From Paragordius varius (lineage: Eukaryota; Animalia; Nematomorpha), in NCBI GenBank assembly GCA_964247055.1, contig OZ176057.1, positions 3,348,001 through 3,412,000 on the forward strand: a stretch of 64,000 nt of DNA, written 5' to 3'. Shown one piece after another: positions 49,801-63,897 of the stretch. The stretch's first letter is position 1; every line of letters starts with the position of its first letter. A program made the translations under genes and the position numbers. The notes beneath the pieces are model-generated. The model had not been told where the DNA came from and did not search any database. It saw nothing but the letters and a program-made list of their open reading frames with translations.

Positions 49801-51351
49801 TTTTATGTTAAAGATAATTTATATTCAAAAATTCATATATGTGTCACTTCTCCAAAAATTGAAAGGATTCCAAATTCGTTGTAATTTATTTAAATTTATT
49901 AGCGGTTGATTAGACGAGAGATAATTTTCAGAAATTATAGTTAGTTTTGAAAGAATGATCTTTTGTTTAAGATATTAATATTCTTGTTAACAGAAGCATA
50001 GCTTCCATTCGTGGTACCCCCTCCCCCCTCCGTGGGACTACTTGCATTTTAAAAAAGTTAATCTAATTTAAACCTTGGTCATGACCACTCATAAATGGGT
50101 GATTTTTTGTGTATTCAAAATAATAACTTTAACCGAAAAATCAAAAAAAAATTTAAAATCTGCGCCCCAACTATGGCGGTCAATGCATAAACCTTCTTTT
50201 CCAATCTACAACTTTTAAATATATTAAAACATAAAAATTAAAATATTAAACTATACTATACCTTGTAAATTAATGCATTTAAAGGTCCCCACATAGGCCA
50301 ACACCAAAATAATAGTCAAGAGTGATTTCACCATATTAAATCTTTTTTTTTGTTCGTTTAAAAATGTTTTTGAATAAATGTATTAATTTGTAGAAAAAAA
50401 TATAAAATAAAATATATGGGAATATTTGTTAAGGAGTAAACTTTTATTTTTATTTAGTCTGGTGTTTTCAATCATTGTTTGCGTACGTGTACAAATGTGG
50501 AGCAAATTGATTGGCTTAAAACAATAATTGTTACGAATCAATAATAGCCAAATAGCTAATGTACATTTGTTTATTGATACAATTTTAAGTATTTTTTTTG
50601 CATTATTTGTTGAAATAATAGGTAAAAAATAATTCCAAAATTTAGAATTTTTCTTCGAGTTCTTTTGTCTATGTTTATTTTAATCTGAAGTGCGTTTATT
50701 TTTGGCTTAATTTTCTCAGGTTTATTTGGATCTCTTACCATTATGTTTCATATCATCCATAATTTTTTTAAACATGGAATGGGACTAGAGCCATATATAT
50801 ATTAAACCGCTTTGAAACTGAAAAATGGTTAAAAATTATTTTTTCAAATTTTTTCCCCAAATATTAATATAATGTAGCCTATTATTAGACTAATTTTGCT
50901 TAGAGACAAAGATTTTATGTAAAATCGTATTCAGAATTTGACAGATCACACCTGTATGTTTTTTAGTCAAGTGTTCACCTACATCATATAATTTATTTTT
51001 GAATACAAAAAAATCAAAATAGTGATTAAGAAACAAGGAGAGTCATTTTTTGGTCTCTGAAACTAGGACTTTTGTCGGTATTAAACAGCAGTACCAGAGA
51101 TAACCTGATAAAGCCAATCACTACTCAAATTTGAGTCAAAATTTCAAAAAATATTTGTTTGCTTACGATTGAAATAGCAAATATAAGGATCTAATAGGCT
51201 ATTTAAAATAATTATTTATTGATGGAATTAATATGCAAATTATGATAGTTTATATTTATAATATAATGCATAAAAATATTATTATAAGTCAGTTTGGTAA
51301 AATTTGGAATCTATGCAAAAATTTGTTTTTTTGTAAAAAAAAATAATAATC

Positions 51352-54261
51352 GATCAATAAAAAAAATAATTTGTATCAATTGTCATATGAAAATTTTAAT
51401 CTCTTAGGGCCGCGGTTTAAGTACCACTGCTCTAAACTGTATATTATTAAGAAATTTTATATTGTGTTAAAAATATTTCGTTTTATGCGGTCCACATTCT
51501 TATAAATTAATCTTACGGATATTTTAGAGAAGCACATAAACTTTCAATATACAGTATAACAAAATATTATCACGAAAAAACAAATGAATAACCAAATGAA
51601 AAATGATAATCACATGGTAAAAATATGTAATAAATACACCATATAAGACCACCCTTGATGAATTTTTATCTATTTACACATTTAACACATTTCTTAAACC
51701 ATGTGCTAATCATTCTTTTCATTTAGATATTAATTTGTTTTTTTCGTGATAATCATCTGTTAGTTAATCTTACTATATATCTGTCGTTGTTGATTATTAA
51801 ATTTGTTAATCTGTTTTAAAACCGATCATTATATGAAAAATGGTCTTATACATTCAAAAAGCCCTAAAAAATTATTATATAATTTAAACGTAGCATATAG
51901 AATTAACCATGTGATTAATATATAGTCAAAAACATAAACGGATCTTCGCTTTTTTAATATTAATTTATTTTCTTTAGATTTAATTTTGGTAATTTTTATT
52001 TTTACCCAATTTTAAATAAAGAAAACTTTTTCTACATTAAAATATTTCAAAATTTTGACACACGTTGTTCTGCATTCTTTTTTCTTTTCTATTTTGAAAT
52101 ATTTATTGCATTCCTTTATTGTATTTAGGCAAGCCTTTCACTAATCTTGCCTGTACATATTCTTTTGATTGCTATCTTGCATCATTTTTTATAACCTATT
52201 CCCATATTTTTCAAGTCCTTATCATTAAATGTCGACCTGTTTTTCTTATAGCATTATTCAAATTATATTCCTATTTTTTGAAAAAAATACATAATATTTA
52301 TACATAAATTCAAAGGATGACATCTAATGAGAAAATAATGTAAATATCCGATAAAAATCGCTTCTTAATAGAATGGGAAGAAAAATCTTTGTCGTTTTAA
52401 ATAAAAATGTTGTTACCTGCTTTATATGTACGGACAACATAATTATAAAAAATACAATATTAAAAAAATTTTTACAATCCATCATTCTCATAAATTACCA
52501 GAAAATTATGATGAAAGAAACGAAAAATATAAAAAGATAAAGGAATAATACCATAAGGATAATTCTATTACCATAGCTTCAGGGAAAAGCTGTAAAATTA
52601 GCTTCGTATGAAATTTTCTATATTTTAGGAAAATAGATGAAACCGTTTACTGATCACCAACTAATAAAAGAATGTCTAATAAATGGTTGCACTTTCCATA
52701 ATAAAGATCAAATCATGAGGCAAATTAAAAAACTTCAACTTTCTGATTCAACATATGCTCGACGAGTCGAAGTGTCTAAATTTATTTTTAACAATACACT
52801 ATTGGCTCTGAAAAACTGCAAATATTTTAGTTTTGCTATTGATTCTAGCACAGATATTAGTTCAACACCTCAATGTGCGCTCTTCGTGAGATTTTGCAAC
52901 GACAACATAATCAACGAGGAATAATATTTACCAATGAATTATACCACGAAAGGAAGTGATTTTCTTGAAATAATTAGCCCTTTTTTCGATATATATGCTA
53001 TATCTATAAAATTGGTTTTGATCTGCACAGATGGCTCCCTCTATGATTGCAATAACCAAAGGATTTATTTCTCTTTTGAAAAACAAATATAATCAAAATT
53101 TATCCTTTCACTGCTTTATTCATCAGCAAAACTTGGTTTGAGTAAAAGATAAATCACTCAATTCAGTAATTAAAGCGGTTGTTGATATAGTTAACCACAT
53201 CCGTGGCAGATGTAACCGCCGTAAATTTAAAAACAATCTGAAAGATATCCAGTGAGTTTGATAATATACTTTGTACACCGCTGTGAGATGGCTAAGCCTT
53301 AGCAAAGTATTAAATAGATTTTTTGCTTTAAGACATAAAATTTTATTATTTATATAAGTTAGACGAGGAAATTAATGGTGATAAATGGTGTGTTTTATAA
53401 GCCTACCTTTGCATTAGTTATAAACTTAGTATTTTTAATTTAAGTCTTTAAGGGAGAAATTAAAAACCCAATTTTTTAATCAAATTTTGCTTTTGAAAAA
53501 AAATTAGTAATATATAAACAATTTATAAATAAAACACTCTTATATTTTCCAACACTAACGATTCATGAAGAAAATATGGAATTTTAGCGCGGAGATTAAT
53601 TTAATAATAGACAATCATTTAACATTTTTTGAGATGAAATCATATTTCAAGAATTAAGAAATAGTTAAAATTGCCGAAGGTTGAAAATCCATGGCATATG
53701 GATATATCCACTATTAAGCAACTTGAGAATTTTAGTTTTGATCAGGCACATATCATTGAATTTGTAGATTTTAAAAAGGATTCCAATTTGGAGGCTATAT
53801 AGGAGAAAGATATATGTGCCAAATAAATATGAAAATTTAAAAAAATGTGCTCAAGTTATCCTAAATGTTTTCCCCTCAACTTACACGTGTGAGACGGCAT
53901 ATTAAAAAATGAAGTATGTTAAGAATACATGCATAAATCGCTTAACTGATGATCATATGGACGACGTATTAAGATTGGCCTGTCATGAGAATAAAAACAA
54001 AATTTTCGAAAATTATTGGTTAATATAATAAATAAAATAAATGTTGTTATCAATTTATTTAATTTCTTAAACTTAATGGTGAAAAACGAGTTTTTAGCTG
54101 GATTTATATGCGATCCGCAAAATATTTATTGTGCTGATTTAGAGTATAAATATGTCCTTATGGTCAAATAGCTATGGAATATTTGCCATTATAGGTTTAT
54201 GGCCCTCGAAAAATGAATATGTTTTATTTGACCCGTCAATTTTTTTTGGTGAGTACCACTG
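51352..54261 (+). mobile_element. hAT (Charlie/Buster, GTF2IRD2/ZBED5-like) transposon with pseudogenised transposase; its 5' TIR lies in an inverted segment
   Basis: KPFTDHQLIKECL...YFSFAIDSSTDISSTPQCALFVRF (52637-52924), ICTDG, HCFIHQQ, YTAVRWLSLSKVLNRFF, STYTCET..KMKYVKN...RLTDDHM; 3' TIR ...GAGTACCACTG at 54261; 5' TIR inverted, ending at 51429. Confidence 0.92.
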
Positions 54262-54877
54262 GTTTAGAGTCTCTTTTTTCCTTTTGCATTCTAAAGGGTA
54301 AGGACTTAAAATGCATCCGAAATTGTCAAGGCTTTAGCACCCTGCCCAGGGCTAACATTGTGGATGGAAAAATTGCGTAGTTTCGGGGTTCGAACTCTGG
54401 CACGCAATGTCCGGCGCATACAACGCTTCACAATATAAAATTTTATTACTTAAAAATAATAATAAAATTTTATATTGTGAGGCATGATGGTATACTATAT
54501 AGAGCCTCTGACCTGATTCAAAATATTGAAATTTATGTATTTAGGTTGAAATTGCGGGCCCCTTTAACACTACTTCATTACCTTTTTGGGTAAGGTTTTT
54601 ACCCCATAGATCTCAAATAACACATCTTAAGGTATTTGAGGTGTTAAGCCGAATTTAAACATATGCTTTCTTTAGCGTTTGAGGCGTATTATACATTTTT
54701 TTAAAAAAGTAAAATTCGGCATTATTTTATCTGATACATGAGAACAATGTTTTATAATTAAATTTAAACAAAAATAACTTTGTAGTTTTTAAAAATTGAG
54801 CTCTAGATAAAACCAACCCAATAAATAAACTATGACAAAAAAGTCAAAACTATTATTGCTAAACATAATTATATTTT

Positions 54878-55915
54878 GGAAAAAAAATAAACTACGGGAA
54901 GCTCTAAAACAACTCGGAGTGTCAACATATTTAATCAACATCATATTTTCAATTTATTCAAATTCCACGGCTTTAATATCTACACCTCACGGTATGACTC
55001 ATGTAAGGTACAAGTCAGCCTCCGTCAAGGATGCGTTTTATCACCAATTCTTTTTAACGCATACCTGGAGTGCATTATAAGATATATCCCACACACTTAC
55101 GGCATCAACGTAGGTGGGAACCTATTTACATCCGTTCACTACGCCGATGATACAGTCTTATTCGCAGACAGTGTAGACACATTATCGCAAGCCTTGCAAG
55201 TGTTTACAACTGAGTGCAATAAATTTGGATTAAATATTAATTTCAAAAAAACAAAAGTCATGCAAATAAATCCGGCTCAAACCAATCCAATAATCCTCAA
55301 CGGCAACCAGGTCGAAACAGTTAGCAGCTACACGTACTTAGGTAGCATTATTAATAATGAGAACAACTCTACGCCTGAAATAAAGCGAAGAATTGCTATT
55401 GCTAAAGCAGTTTTTAAATATAACAGGATTTGGATGTCACATGACAAACTACAAACCAAAATCAGATTAATCAAGGCTACAGTTTTCCCCACATTCATGT
55501 ATGGGGGGGAAAGCTGGACACTGAAAAAATATGACGAACGTCTAATAAACTCTTTCGAATTATGGGTTTGGAGGAAACTTCTTCAAACAAAATTTACAGA
55601 CAAAGTTTCAAACACCACCATTCTAAATAAAATTAACCCAGAAATGTCACTTCTAGGCAGCTTAACACGGCAAAAACTCTCCTTCTTCGGGCACATTATG
55701 AGATCCATCTCACTTGAAAAATCACTGATGCTGGGGAAAGTGAGTGGTGCCTGAAAAAGAGGGAGAAGACGAACTCGTTGGATGGATAACATCCTCTAAG
55801 AAACGAACCAATCATTATCCGAACTAAACACCAAAACCGAAAATCGCAGTGAATGGAGAAGCTTTATTTTCAATGTTGCAGTTAGTCGGAATCGACCTTA
55901 GCAAACAACAACAAC
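54878..55915 (+). mobile_element. 5'-truncated RTE (BovB-like) LINE with 11-bp target-site duplication
   Basis: VHYADDTVLFAD; ORF 55194-55754 (GLNINFKKTKVM...YLGS...EIKRRI...YGGESWT...FFGHIMR); RGRRRTRW; (CAA)n tail; AATTATATTTT at 54867-54877 and 55916-55926. Confidence 0.95.
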
Positions 55916-57038
55916 AATTATATTTTAACTCGTTTAAGACTTTTAAAAAGTTAATCAATTTATATTATGAAACTGAAAAATGATTTTAAAAAAGCCCTCC
56001 GAAAAACACCATTATTTCTCGAAATCAATTATTAGTAGAGTTATTATACAGTTAATCCAGACCACATGTTTCAATGAATCCCTTTTTAATTAAAATTTTT
56101 CCGAAATTTTCTTAAATCTTTTTATATTTAATGTATGAGAATCGTATATATTCAAATATGAAGATTAGCGTTTACATCAGTCTTATCGCCCATAAATGAT
56201 TCATTTATATACGACATATATTTTATTAAACCAAACAAACTTCAAATTAATTCTAATAGTGTCAAAATATATTTGATGTATTTTATAAATTACATAAAAT
56301 AATTTGTAAAATTCGAGTTTTGCTTATAAGTATTTAAATTTTAAACCTTATATATTTTTTATATCCACTATTAGTTTTAATCCGTCATTAATTTATTATT
56401 CATTATAAAAGTTTCTAACTGTTTATTATTTCAATAAGTTCCAATTTAAAAGATATAATTCATTACTTGTAGATGGGGTGGGGGTCAGAGTATCACGTAT
56501 CGGTAAATTATATGTATTAAGCATATAGTATAATAATTGCTAAATTTTATTGTGATAATATTAACATGCAATATCAGACCAATATTATATCCCAATAGAT
56601 TTACAAATTTTATATTTGAATCTAGTTGGCTCAATGGGGTTCTTTCTACGCTAAAACTATTCACATATAAGGACATGGAAAAATTTTTATAAATCACCAC
56701 CCGGAATCGCATTGAAACACCCTTGATTCGTGTGGGCTACAGTATAAATAATTAGCCATTGGTGTTGTTTCACATGTTTTAATTATTGCCGATAGCATTA
56801 TTTGGTTTTGAAAATCGTTTTTTCCTGCAATTCACCAATAATAATTCTCTTTGCAGTTTATACCATTAAAGAAGCCCCAGTAAATATATTTTCGGATAAA
56901 TTTATTTTATATCAAAACATAACAAATGTACACAATTTGTAGTACTACTTCATCTCTTACACCAATATAAAATTTTGTTTTAATTACAAAATAGCGGTAA
57001 GAATGTTTGAGACTTACTCTTTTCATGTGTGACAATGT

Positions 57039-57080
<42 letters not shown>

Positions 57081-57151
57081 TTTTGTCTTGATTATCTTGT
57101 ATTGATGTATACAACCAATAGTCTAAAAAGTGTCACCGTATATATTATATA

Positions 57152-57417
57152 TACCATTTACAAATCAAATTCACCCTTGAACAATTCATAACCCTAAAAA
57201 TAAATTATGTATTTTCGGGCTAATATAACTTATTATCAATATAAAATATATCTTTATGGCTTATTTTATCATTTTTGTAATACTATTTTAATTTTAGAAA
57301 AAAAAACCATTTTTAAAAAATATAATAAAATATAGGTAGTTTTTAATCTTAAAAACACAAAATATATTTAAGGGTGAAATTAAATAGCTCAAGGATAAAT
57401 TTAAAGTGTACATGGAT
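57152..57417. mobile_element. TACCATTTAC-family MITE
   Basis: TACCATTTACAAATCAAATTCACCCTTGAACAA...; degraded right end gtgtacatggata. Confidence 0.7.
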
Positions 57418-57433
57418 ATATATCATTTTTACT

Positions 57434-57436
<3 letters not shown>

Positions 57437-57495
<59 letters not shown>
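57437..57495. repeat. (TA)n microsatellite (longest in the window)
   Basis: Uninterrupted TA run of ~59 nt; shorter runs at ~2132, 38663, 49243, 57043, 61215, 61775, 63140. Confidence 0.97.
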
Positions 57496-57498
<3 letters not shown>

Positions 57499-57975
57499 AA
57501 TTACAATAAAAAAAATGAATTTTTGTGTTTCAGGTACCTTAAAAAAAACCAAATAAATGCTATAAAAATCACAACACATAAAAATTATTATGTCTTTGAA
57601 ATTAAGTGTTGCTCAGATACTTCCAAGGAATGTATACAATGTAATGATTAGAGTTTGGTGAAAATTTTTGTGGAATAAAAAAAATAAGTGACATATTTGG
57701 TTAATAATTATAGTTACCATTCTGATATTTGCATTATTGAAAATCAAAAAACACTGTGTTATATAATTTTGTTTTAATATTAAGTAATATAAGGCAAAAT
57801 ACCAAAAAGTATTATAGGTTGACTTCCCATAATTAACAAATCCTAAACAAATAGGTGCTCTTTTTGTAGAATCCTTTCTTTAAAATAACTTTGCCTAGTC
57901 CTAATATTTTCATTTGCAGAGTTTTTATTGTAGTTTTCGGTATTAATCGCAAATTACAAAAAAATAATAAGTTTT

Positions 57976-58417
57976 TTAGCGGTTAAACATTTCCGTTACT
58001 GTTGTGGTTTCGATTATATTTAAGGGTGATTCAATATTCTTACTAATGCAATTAGTAGCTAGATGATCGTTACAATTATTAGTTATTTCAAGCAGGGCCG
58101 GTTGTCGTTCCAAAATGATTAAAAGTAATTTATCAATGTATTGTCGTAAACGTTGATTCTCGTATGTTAACTGTTTAAGCAATAATGTTGGATTATGAAA
58201 ATTTTCATTGCTGCTACATTGGGTTTGCGTTAACTCATGGGCTAAATTCTGAGCGGGTTCTGTGTTATTATTGTGATTAAAAATTTGTTCTGTTTGGTTT
58301 GTAGTTTCATGCAAAGTATTTGTTGTATGATGCCTTTTTTCAAGTGTATTATTAGTTATTTTGGTATCCAATATATCTTGCCATATTTCACGTTTTTGTG
58401 CACTTATATAATTTTGT
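57976..58417 (-). CDS. Unassigned ORF / terminal exon, T/N/Q/H-rich with a coiled-coil segment
   Basis: Open for ~146 codons from a tatatag acceptor (KQNYISAQKREIWQDILDTK...LLKQLTYENQRLRQYIDKLLLIILERQP...) in very AT-rich DNA; AATAAA downstream. Confidence 0.45.
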
Positions 58418-58894
58418 TTCTATATACATCAATCAATGGATTAAAAGATTATGTTCAAAAAAAACATAACATTAAATAATAAGGTGTAAAAAATATAAAT
58501 AAATTCTTATTTTACAATTTTTTGAACTATTCTAAAGAAAATATAATGTTTAATTATAAATAGGTATAATATTTAAAGCTCATAAGACCATTTTTATAAT
58601 TAAGGTTTACTTTAATAACGACTTAAAAATTATGCTTTTTAAAATAAATGTTCAACATTTATTTAACTAGTTTTTTAACTACAATATGCGATTAATTCAT
58701 TGTATGAGCTAAAATACGCTTCCTAACTAGTTTTCATTAAATTTGGCCAGATAAATTTTACAACAATGAAAAATCTATTTTATTGACTACACATATAAAA
58801 ACAAATGTGTTTTTTTCGCTTTATTAATATTATATATATAAATATGACTCTTTTTCTTAATAATTCAATCTATCTATCTGGCACAGGGGCAAGT

Positions 58895-59140
58895 TTATAA
58901 TAAAACCCAGCGAAATAAACTTTGAATTATTTTAATTAAAACTTTTTGCAATTCTTCAAGGTTGGCCTGAATATTAAGGCATATATTGAGTATCATTTCT
59001 GGGGTAATTTTTGGTTCAACAACATTATTTTCGTTTAATTCAACCGTTTCAGATATGGATTCGTTTTGAGACATTGTCGGTTCCTTTGTCAATGTATTTA
59101 GCGTTGATTGCATTTGGATTAGTGTTTGATGAACGTTCAT
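58895..59140 (-). CDS. Unassigned short ORF, helical/coiled-coil-like
   Basis: MNVHQTLIQMQSTLNTLTKEP...PEMILNICLNIQANLEELQKVLIKII has protein-like composition unlike the random AT-rich ORFs. Confidence 0.35.
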   Translation of the reverse strand: MNVHQTLIQMQSTLNTLTKEPTMSQNESISETVELNENNVVEPKITPEMILNICLNIQANLEELQKVLIKIIQSLFRWVLL

Positions 59141-59663
59141 AAAAAACTATGTAATTAATTGACAAAAAAATTATAAGATAGTAAAAATAATTGTAATAAA
59201 ATCTAGATTTTTGCTTTTTATAATCTGTTACTATGGGATGCAAAATAAGAAAAAAAAAGAGTTGAAAATTGGTACCACCTATTCATTTTTATAATTTGTG
59301 ATCGTAACTATATGCAAGTTTTTTATTTAAATTAAAGATTAAAAAAATTTTGTTTATGTTTTGTTTTTTTAAATTTTAATTTTAACGTTAAAAAAGGGGA
59401 ATAGGACAAAATCCAAAAAGTATATTTTTATACAAAAATCGTCAATCAATATTGCAAAAAATCCATTTTATAAAAAAAACAAATAGGTGCATAAAAATAT
59501 GTTTTAAACTGCATTAGGCCTAAATTTTTGCAAATATTAAATAACTGTCCAAATTTTTCATCCTTTGTTAAGCTTTTAATGTGGTTAGAAAATATGTAAG
59601 TTAATTATAATTTTACATTATATTTCCAATATATATAAATATTTTCATATTTATTGAAAATTA

Positions 59664-59933
59664 TACCATTTACTGTTCAAATTCACCCTTGAACAATTTA
59701 AATTCACCCTAAAATAAATTATGTGTTTTTTAAGATTAAAAATTACCTTTATTTTTTAATATCTTTAAAATATAAAATTCTGTTTAAAATTAATAAAATG
59801 CTGAAAAAATAATAAAACAATATCGTAAAAATTTATCTCATATTAATGATGAGTTATACTAGCTTGAAAACAGATAATTTATTTATAGGAGAAAATTGAA
59901 TTGTTCAAGGGTGAATTTGAATTGTAAATGGTA
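59664..59933. mobile_element. TACCATTTAC-family MITE (complete)
   Basis: TA-TACCATTTACTGTTCAAATTCACCCTTGAACAA...TTGTTCAAGGGTGAATTTGAATTGTAAATGGTA-TA. Confidence 0.88.
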
Positions 59934-60114
59934 TATATTATATAGCATAACTTATCTAAATTGTTTTAATCGTTTTTTTTGCTCGGTGTTTTGCCTATGA
60001 ATAATAATAATAATAATAAAATTAACTATATATTAACCGTAAAACAATAAAAAAATTAAGTTTCTTATGTTTCATTCAAAATGATAGAATTGACAATATA
60101 CAATACATTATGCT

Positions 60115-60276
60115 TTTTAATGGTTGCTCATTTTTATAGTAGGGCAATTTGCAACACAGAACTGTATGGAAAAAAAGAGGGAAATCGTTTATTTAATCTT
60201 TTGTTCGTTTTTTGCCATACACTACTGTGTTGGAAATTGCCCTGCTATAACTGTGTGAAATAAGCAACCATTAAAA
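60115..60276. mobile_element. Small palindromic MITE-like repeat
   Basis: ttttaatggttgct...agcaaccattaaaa arms; related copies at 61919-62066 and ~44215-44345. Confidence 0.6.
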
Positions 60277-61227
60277 TGCATCCTTTATATAAAAAAAATG
60301 GTTAAATCATATCTTTTAGCAATTAATATATCTTGCGAATGCTTTATATATAACGTTTAATGAAAAACAAGTATAATCCCCAGTTATTATACGAGAAATA
60401 TGATTGGTTTACATTTTTATTGTCCTCTTTTAAAAATGTGTATTCAGGCAATTCTTTTCTTTAAAACAACTATAGTAAAGTATTTTTAACCTTCTTTTAA
60501 TTAGCAAAAAAGAGAAAAAGTAGAGTGTTGAAAAGCATACAAAAGACCCTAATAAACAGTGGCCTAAAGCAATTTGCGTATGCTGATTATCATGCATTTT
60601 TTCGATTTTTCTAGAAGTTTCTATGTTTTGAGTTATAATTGTTCGAAAATTAAATATCTTGCCCTAATTTACAGCTCTTATGAACCGAAAAAAAACAGTT
60701 TAATAAAACTAAATTATAATTAATTTCCAAATATTTTTCATCTACATATATATATATATATATAGGTAAAAAACTGAATATCAATTGGAAATATTATTGT
60801 AATTTAATTTATCTCAAAGATGGGTAAGGAATTTTATGATGCATATATTTTGAGCCATGTATATTTATATTGCTGTATACCCCAATTTTCCTGGTGTCAA
60901 TTTTTGCGATATTTTTCATATCGGTCGTGACAAACCTTGATAATTTACACGTGAAATCTTTAAATTTATTTCTGGTATTATTTTTCAATTATATTATTCT
61001 CCAAATTTTTCACGCGCGCGCAACTATCCCCTATTGGCGGCCACTGCAATAGCGTATGATACAAAATTAATTTTGTCCATAACAAAATAATTTAACCCCT
61101 TTAAAGTTATTTGTTGTAAAAGAGGGAGGGAGGGGGTGTTTAATTTTAACCATTTTTTTGCTTTTTATTACCCATACGCTAATTATGTATTGCTTATAGA
61201 CTAAAAATATTATTCAAAGAGATTCAA

Positions 61228-61265
<38 letters not shown>

Positions 61266-61471
61266 GTGAATAAATCTACCGAAGCGTAATTATTTTCAAT
61301 CTTCTCCAATTTTTGGGTTAATTTTAGGGCCCTGGCCTCGGCTCCATCAAAGTCCTGCCGTAATTTTTGGTTGGTATTTTGAGAAACTTTTAATTCATGT
61401 TCACACTTTTCGTTTTCCTAAAATACATATGAGATGTAATAAAAATATTGAAAAAAAGTAATTTTTTTAAT

Positions 61472-61767
61472 AATTTCACCCTTAAACAATTCAAATTCAC
61501 CCTTCAACAATTCAATTTCACCCTTGAACATTTCATATTCACCCTCATATAAAACATATGTTTTTTAATATTAAAAATTACCAATATTTTTATATATTTT
61601 TAAAAAAGAAAAATTTTGTTTTAAATTAAAATAATACTGAAAAAATAATAAACTATAACATAAACATATATTTTATATTAATAATGAGTTATGTTAGTTC
61701 GAAAATACATAATTTATTTTTAGGTGAATTTGAATTGTTCGGGGGTGAATTTGAACTGTAAATGGTA
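61472..61767. mobile_element. TACCATTTAC-family MITE, left end truncated, expanded subterminal repeats
   Basis: Four ttcaccct(t)..aca repeats; right end ttgaactgtaaatggta. Confidence 0.75.
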
Positions 61768-61775
61768 TGTGTATA

Positions 61776-61818
<43 letters not shown>

Positions 61819-61918
61819 ATTTTTTTAATGATTTTAATTGAACAAGTTCTATTCATTTAAGTTATAATATTTTTTTGAATAATAGATATTATTTTAAATA
61901 ATATACTACAGTGTGAAT

Positions 61919-62066
61919 GTTAATGGTTGCTTATTTTAAACTATAGTTGGACAATTTGCAACACAGGAGTAAAGGAAAAAATTGTTTTTCAACATTTTGT
62001 TGTTTTTTCCATAAACTACTGCGAGCAAATCGCCCAAATATAGTGTAAAATAAGCAACCATTAAAA
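61919..62066. mobile_element. Small palindromic MITE-like repeat
   Basis: taatggttgctta...taagcaaccatta arms, same family as 60115-60276. Confidence 0.6.
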
Positions 62067-63136
62067 TCATATTTTGATGTTTTAAATGTCATTAAATAAA
62101 ATATATAAATTTTTATGATGCTATTACCCCTTCAACAATTTTTAAAATAAAATTTGCTATTGAGATTCGTAATCTCATCAATTCAGAAAAAAACTCTTTC
62201 TATAATTATATCATAACTTAATATCTATTTTTGAAGATTTAGCATAATGTAATTTCGTATGTTTATGGAGGGGTTTAAAGTGTGAACATTTTTAAATAGA
62301 ACAATACTAAAAAAAATCTAAAATATATTTTTCTTTATTCATTAAAAAACATATTTAAAACAGAGTAAATACTTCACCTCCCTTAAATATAAAGTTTAAA
62401 CATTGTTTTTTCTTTCTTAGTAAAAAAATGACAAATTTTGTTGTAAATTTTTTTTTGAAATCTTGTGAAGTATTATACAAATCCTTAAAGTTGGAAAAAA
62501 TATTTTTTTTTCATAATAAAAAAACATACCATTTTATACGTTTCAGCCATGTGAGAAAGCCTTTCATTAACAGATTCATTTTCTTGTAGTCGTGATTCTA
62601 ATTTATCAATCCTACGATATATATATGTAAGTGAGTAAAAATATATATTTATATTAAAAATATAAAATTATACGAAAGACAAAAAAAACGTAAAAACTAA
62701 TAAAAACAAATATTTTTTCATTCCACCTAAATTTTTTGATATTTTTGTGATAAAAAATTGCGTAAAAAATGATATAATATGGTCCATTTTGCAAAACAAA
62801 CCTATTAAAAATAAAACTTTAACAAAAACACCAAAAAAATTGTATTTGAGTAAAAAAAAACTTGTAAATATATTGTTGAGTTTGTTCGGCTTTTTCGCGT
62901 TCAGAAGCGTGCATATAGCTACGATTTTGTGCTAAAAGTTCAGATATTTTGGCATCAGATTTAACCTCATTTTCACGTAATAAATCTTCCAACATACGGA
63001 TTCTGTAATGGGTATAGGGAAAAAATATATCTTACGCATATAAAAAGTGTGTGTGTTTTTTTTAGAAAAAAGTCAAACCAATTTAACGTAATCAAATATA
63101 GTTAATAGTATAAAATGAGGTGTTAAGGTATCAGGT

Positions 63137-63168
<32 letters not shown>

Positions 63169-63314
63169 CAGATTGTGTTAATAATAATATTATTTAATAT
63201 ATTCCATAATAAACTGTATTCATCTGTGAATTGCATAAGCGCGCTTTGAATATAAAAAAATCCTGGTAGTTGCAAAGAATTAAATTAAACATAAGAAATT
63301 TAATAAATCAAATG

Positions 63315-63543
63315 TACCATTTTTCACTCAAAAGCAAGATTTTATCAACCAAACGCAACATTTTTTATCCAAAAAACATTTTTTTCAACCAAATCCCAAA
63401 ATTTTGTAAGCAAACATAATATTTCAGTTGTCTTTGTTAATAAAAAAAAATACGTTTGAAAATTGTGGCGTTTGCTTAAAAATGTATGGTTGAAAATATG
63501 TAGCGTTTGATTGAAATAATGTTACTTTTTACTGAAAATGGTA
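63315..63543. mobile_element. TACCATTT-family MITE (aacgcaaca subfamily)
   Basis: TACCATTTTTCACTCAAAAGCAA...TTTTACTGAAAATGGTA. Confidence 0.72.
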
Positions 63544-63677
63544 TATTAAATAAATTCCTCCTTCCCATAGTAATATAATGAGACCTGTGGTTATAAATTA
63601 TAATATATTCTTGCAATAGGCCTTTTTAAAAATTAATTCCATATTTTGCAAAAATACAAAGATTATTTTCAATAAAT

Positions 63678-63897
63678 CATTTCCACCCTTGAACAATTCA
63701 AATTCACCCTCGAACAATTAAAATTCACTCTCGAACGATTCAAATTCACCCTAAAATAAATTATGTGTTTATTAAAATTAAAATAATGCAAATAATAAAA
63801 TAGGTCGTAAAAATATATTTCATATTAATGATGAGTAGTTATATTATCCTCAAAACACAATTTATTTTTAGGGTGAATATTTTAATTATAAATGGTA
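63678..63897. mobile_element. TACCATTTAC-family MITE, degraded
   Basis: cacccttgaacaattcaaattcaccct repeats; right end tataaatggta. Confidence 0.68.

Noticed and set aside
54375-54480. tRNA-like B-box (rc GAGTTCGAACCCC) and adjacent AT hairpin
   Set aside because: No cloverleaf or clear A-box; at most a SINE relic.
56480-56950. Cys-containing minus-strand fragments (TCETTPMANYLYCSPHESRVFQCDSGW)
   Set aside because: Multiple stops and no recognisable family motif; cannot support a call.
57374-57651. ORFs with YIYIYI runs (also 8008-8190, 38630-38857)
   Set aside because: Artefacts of (TA)n microsatellites and MITE sequence.
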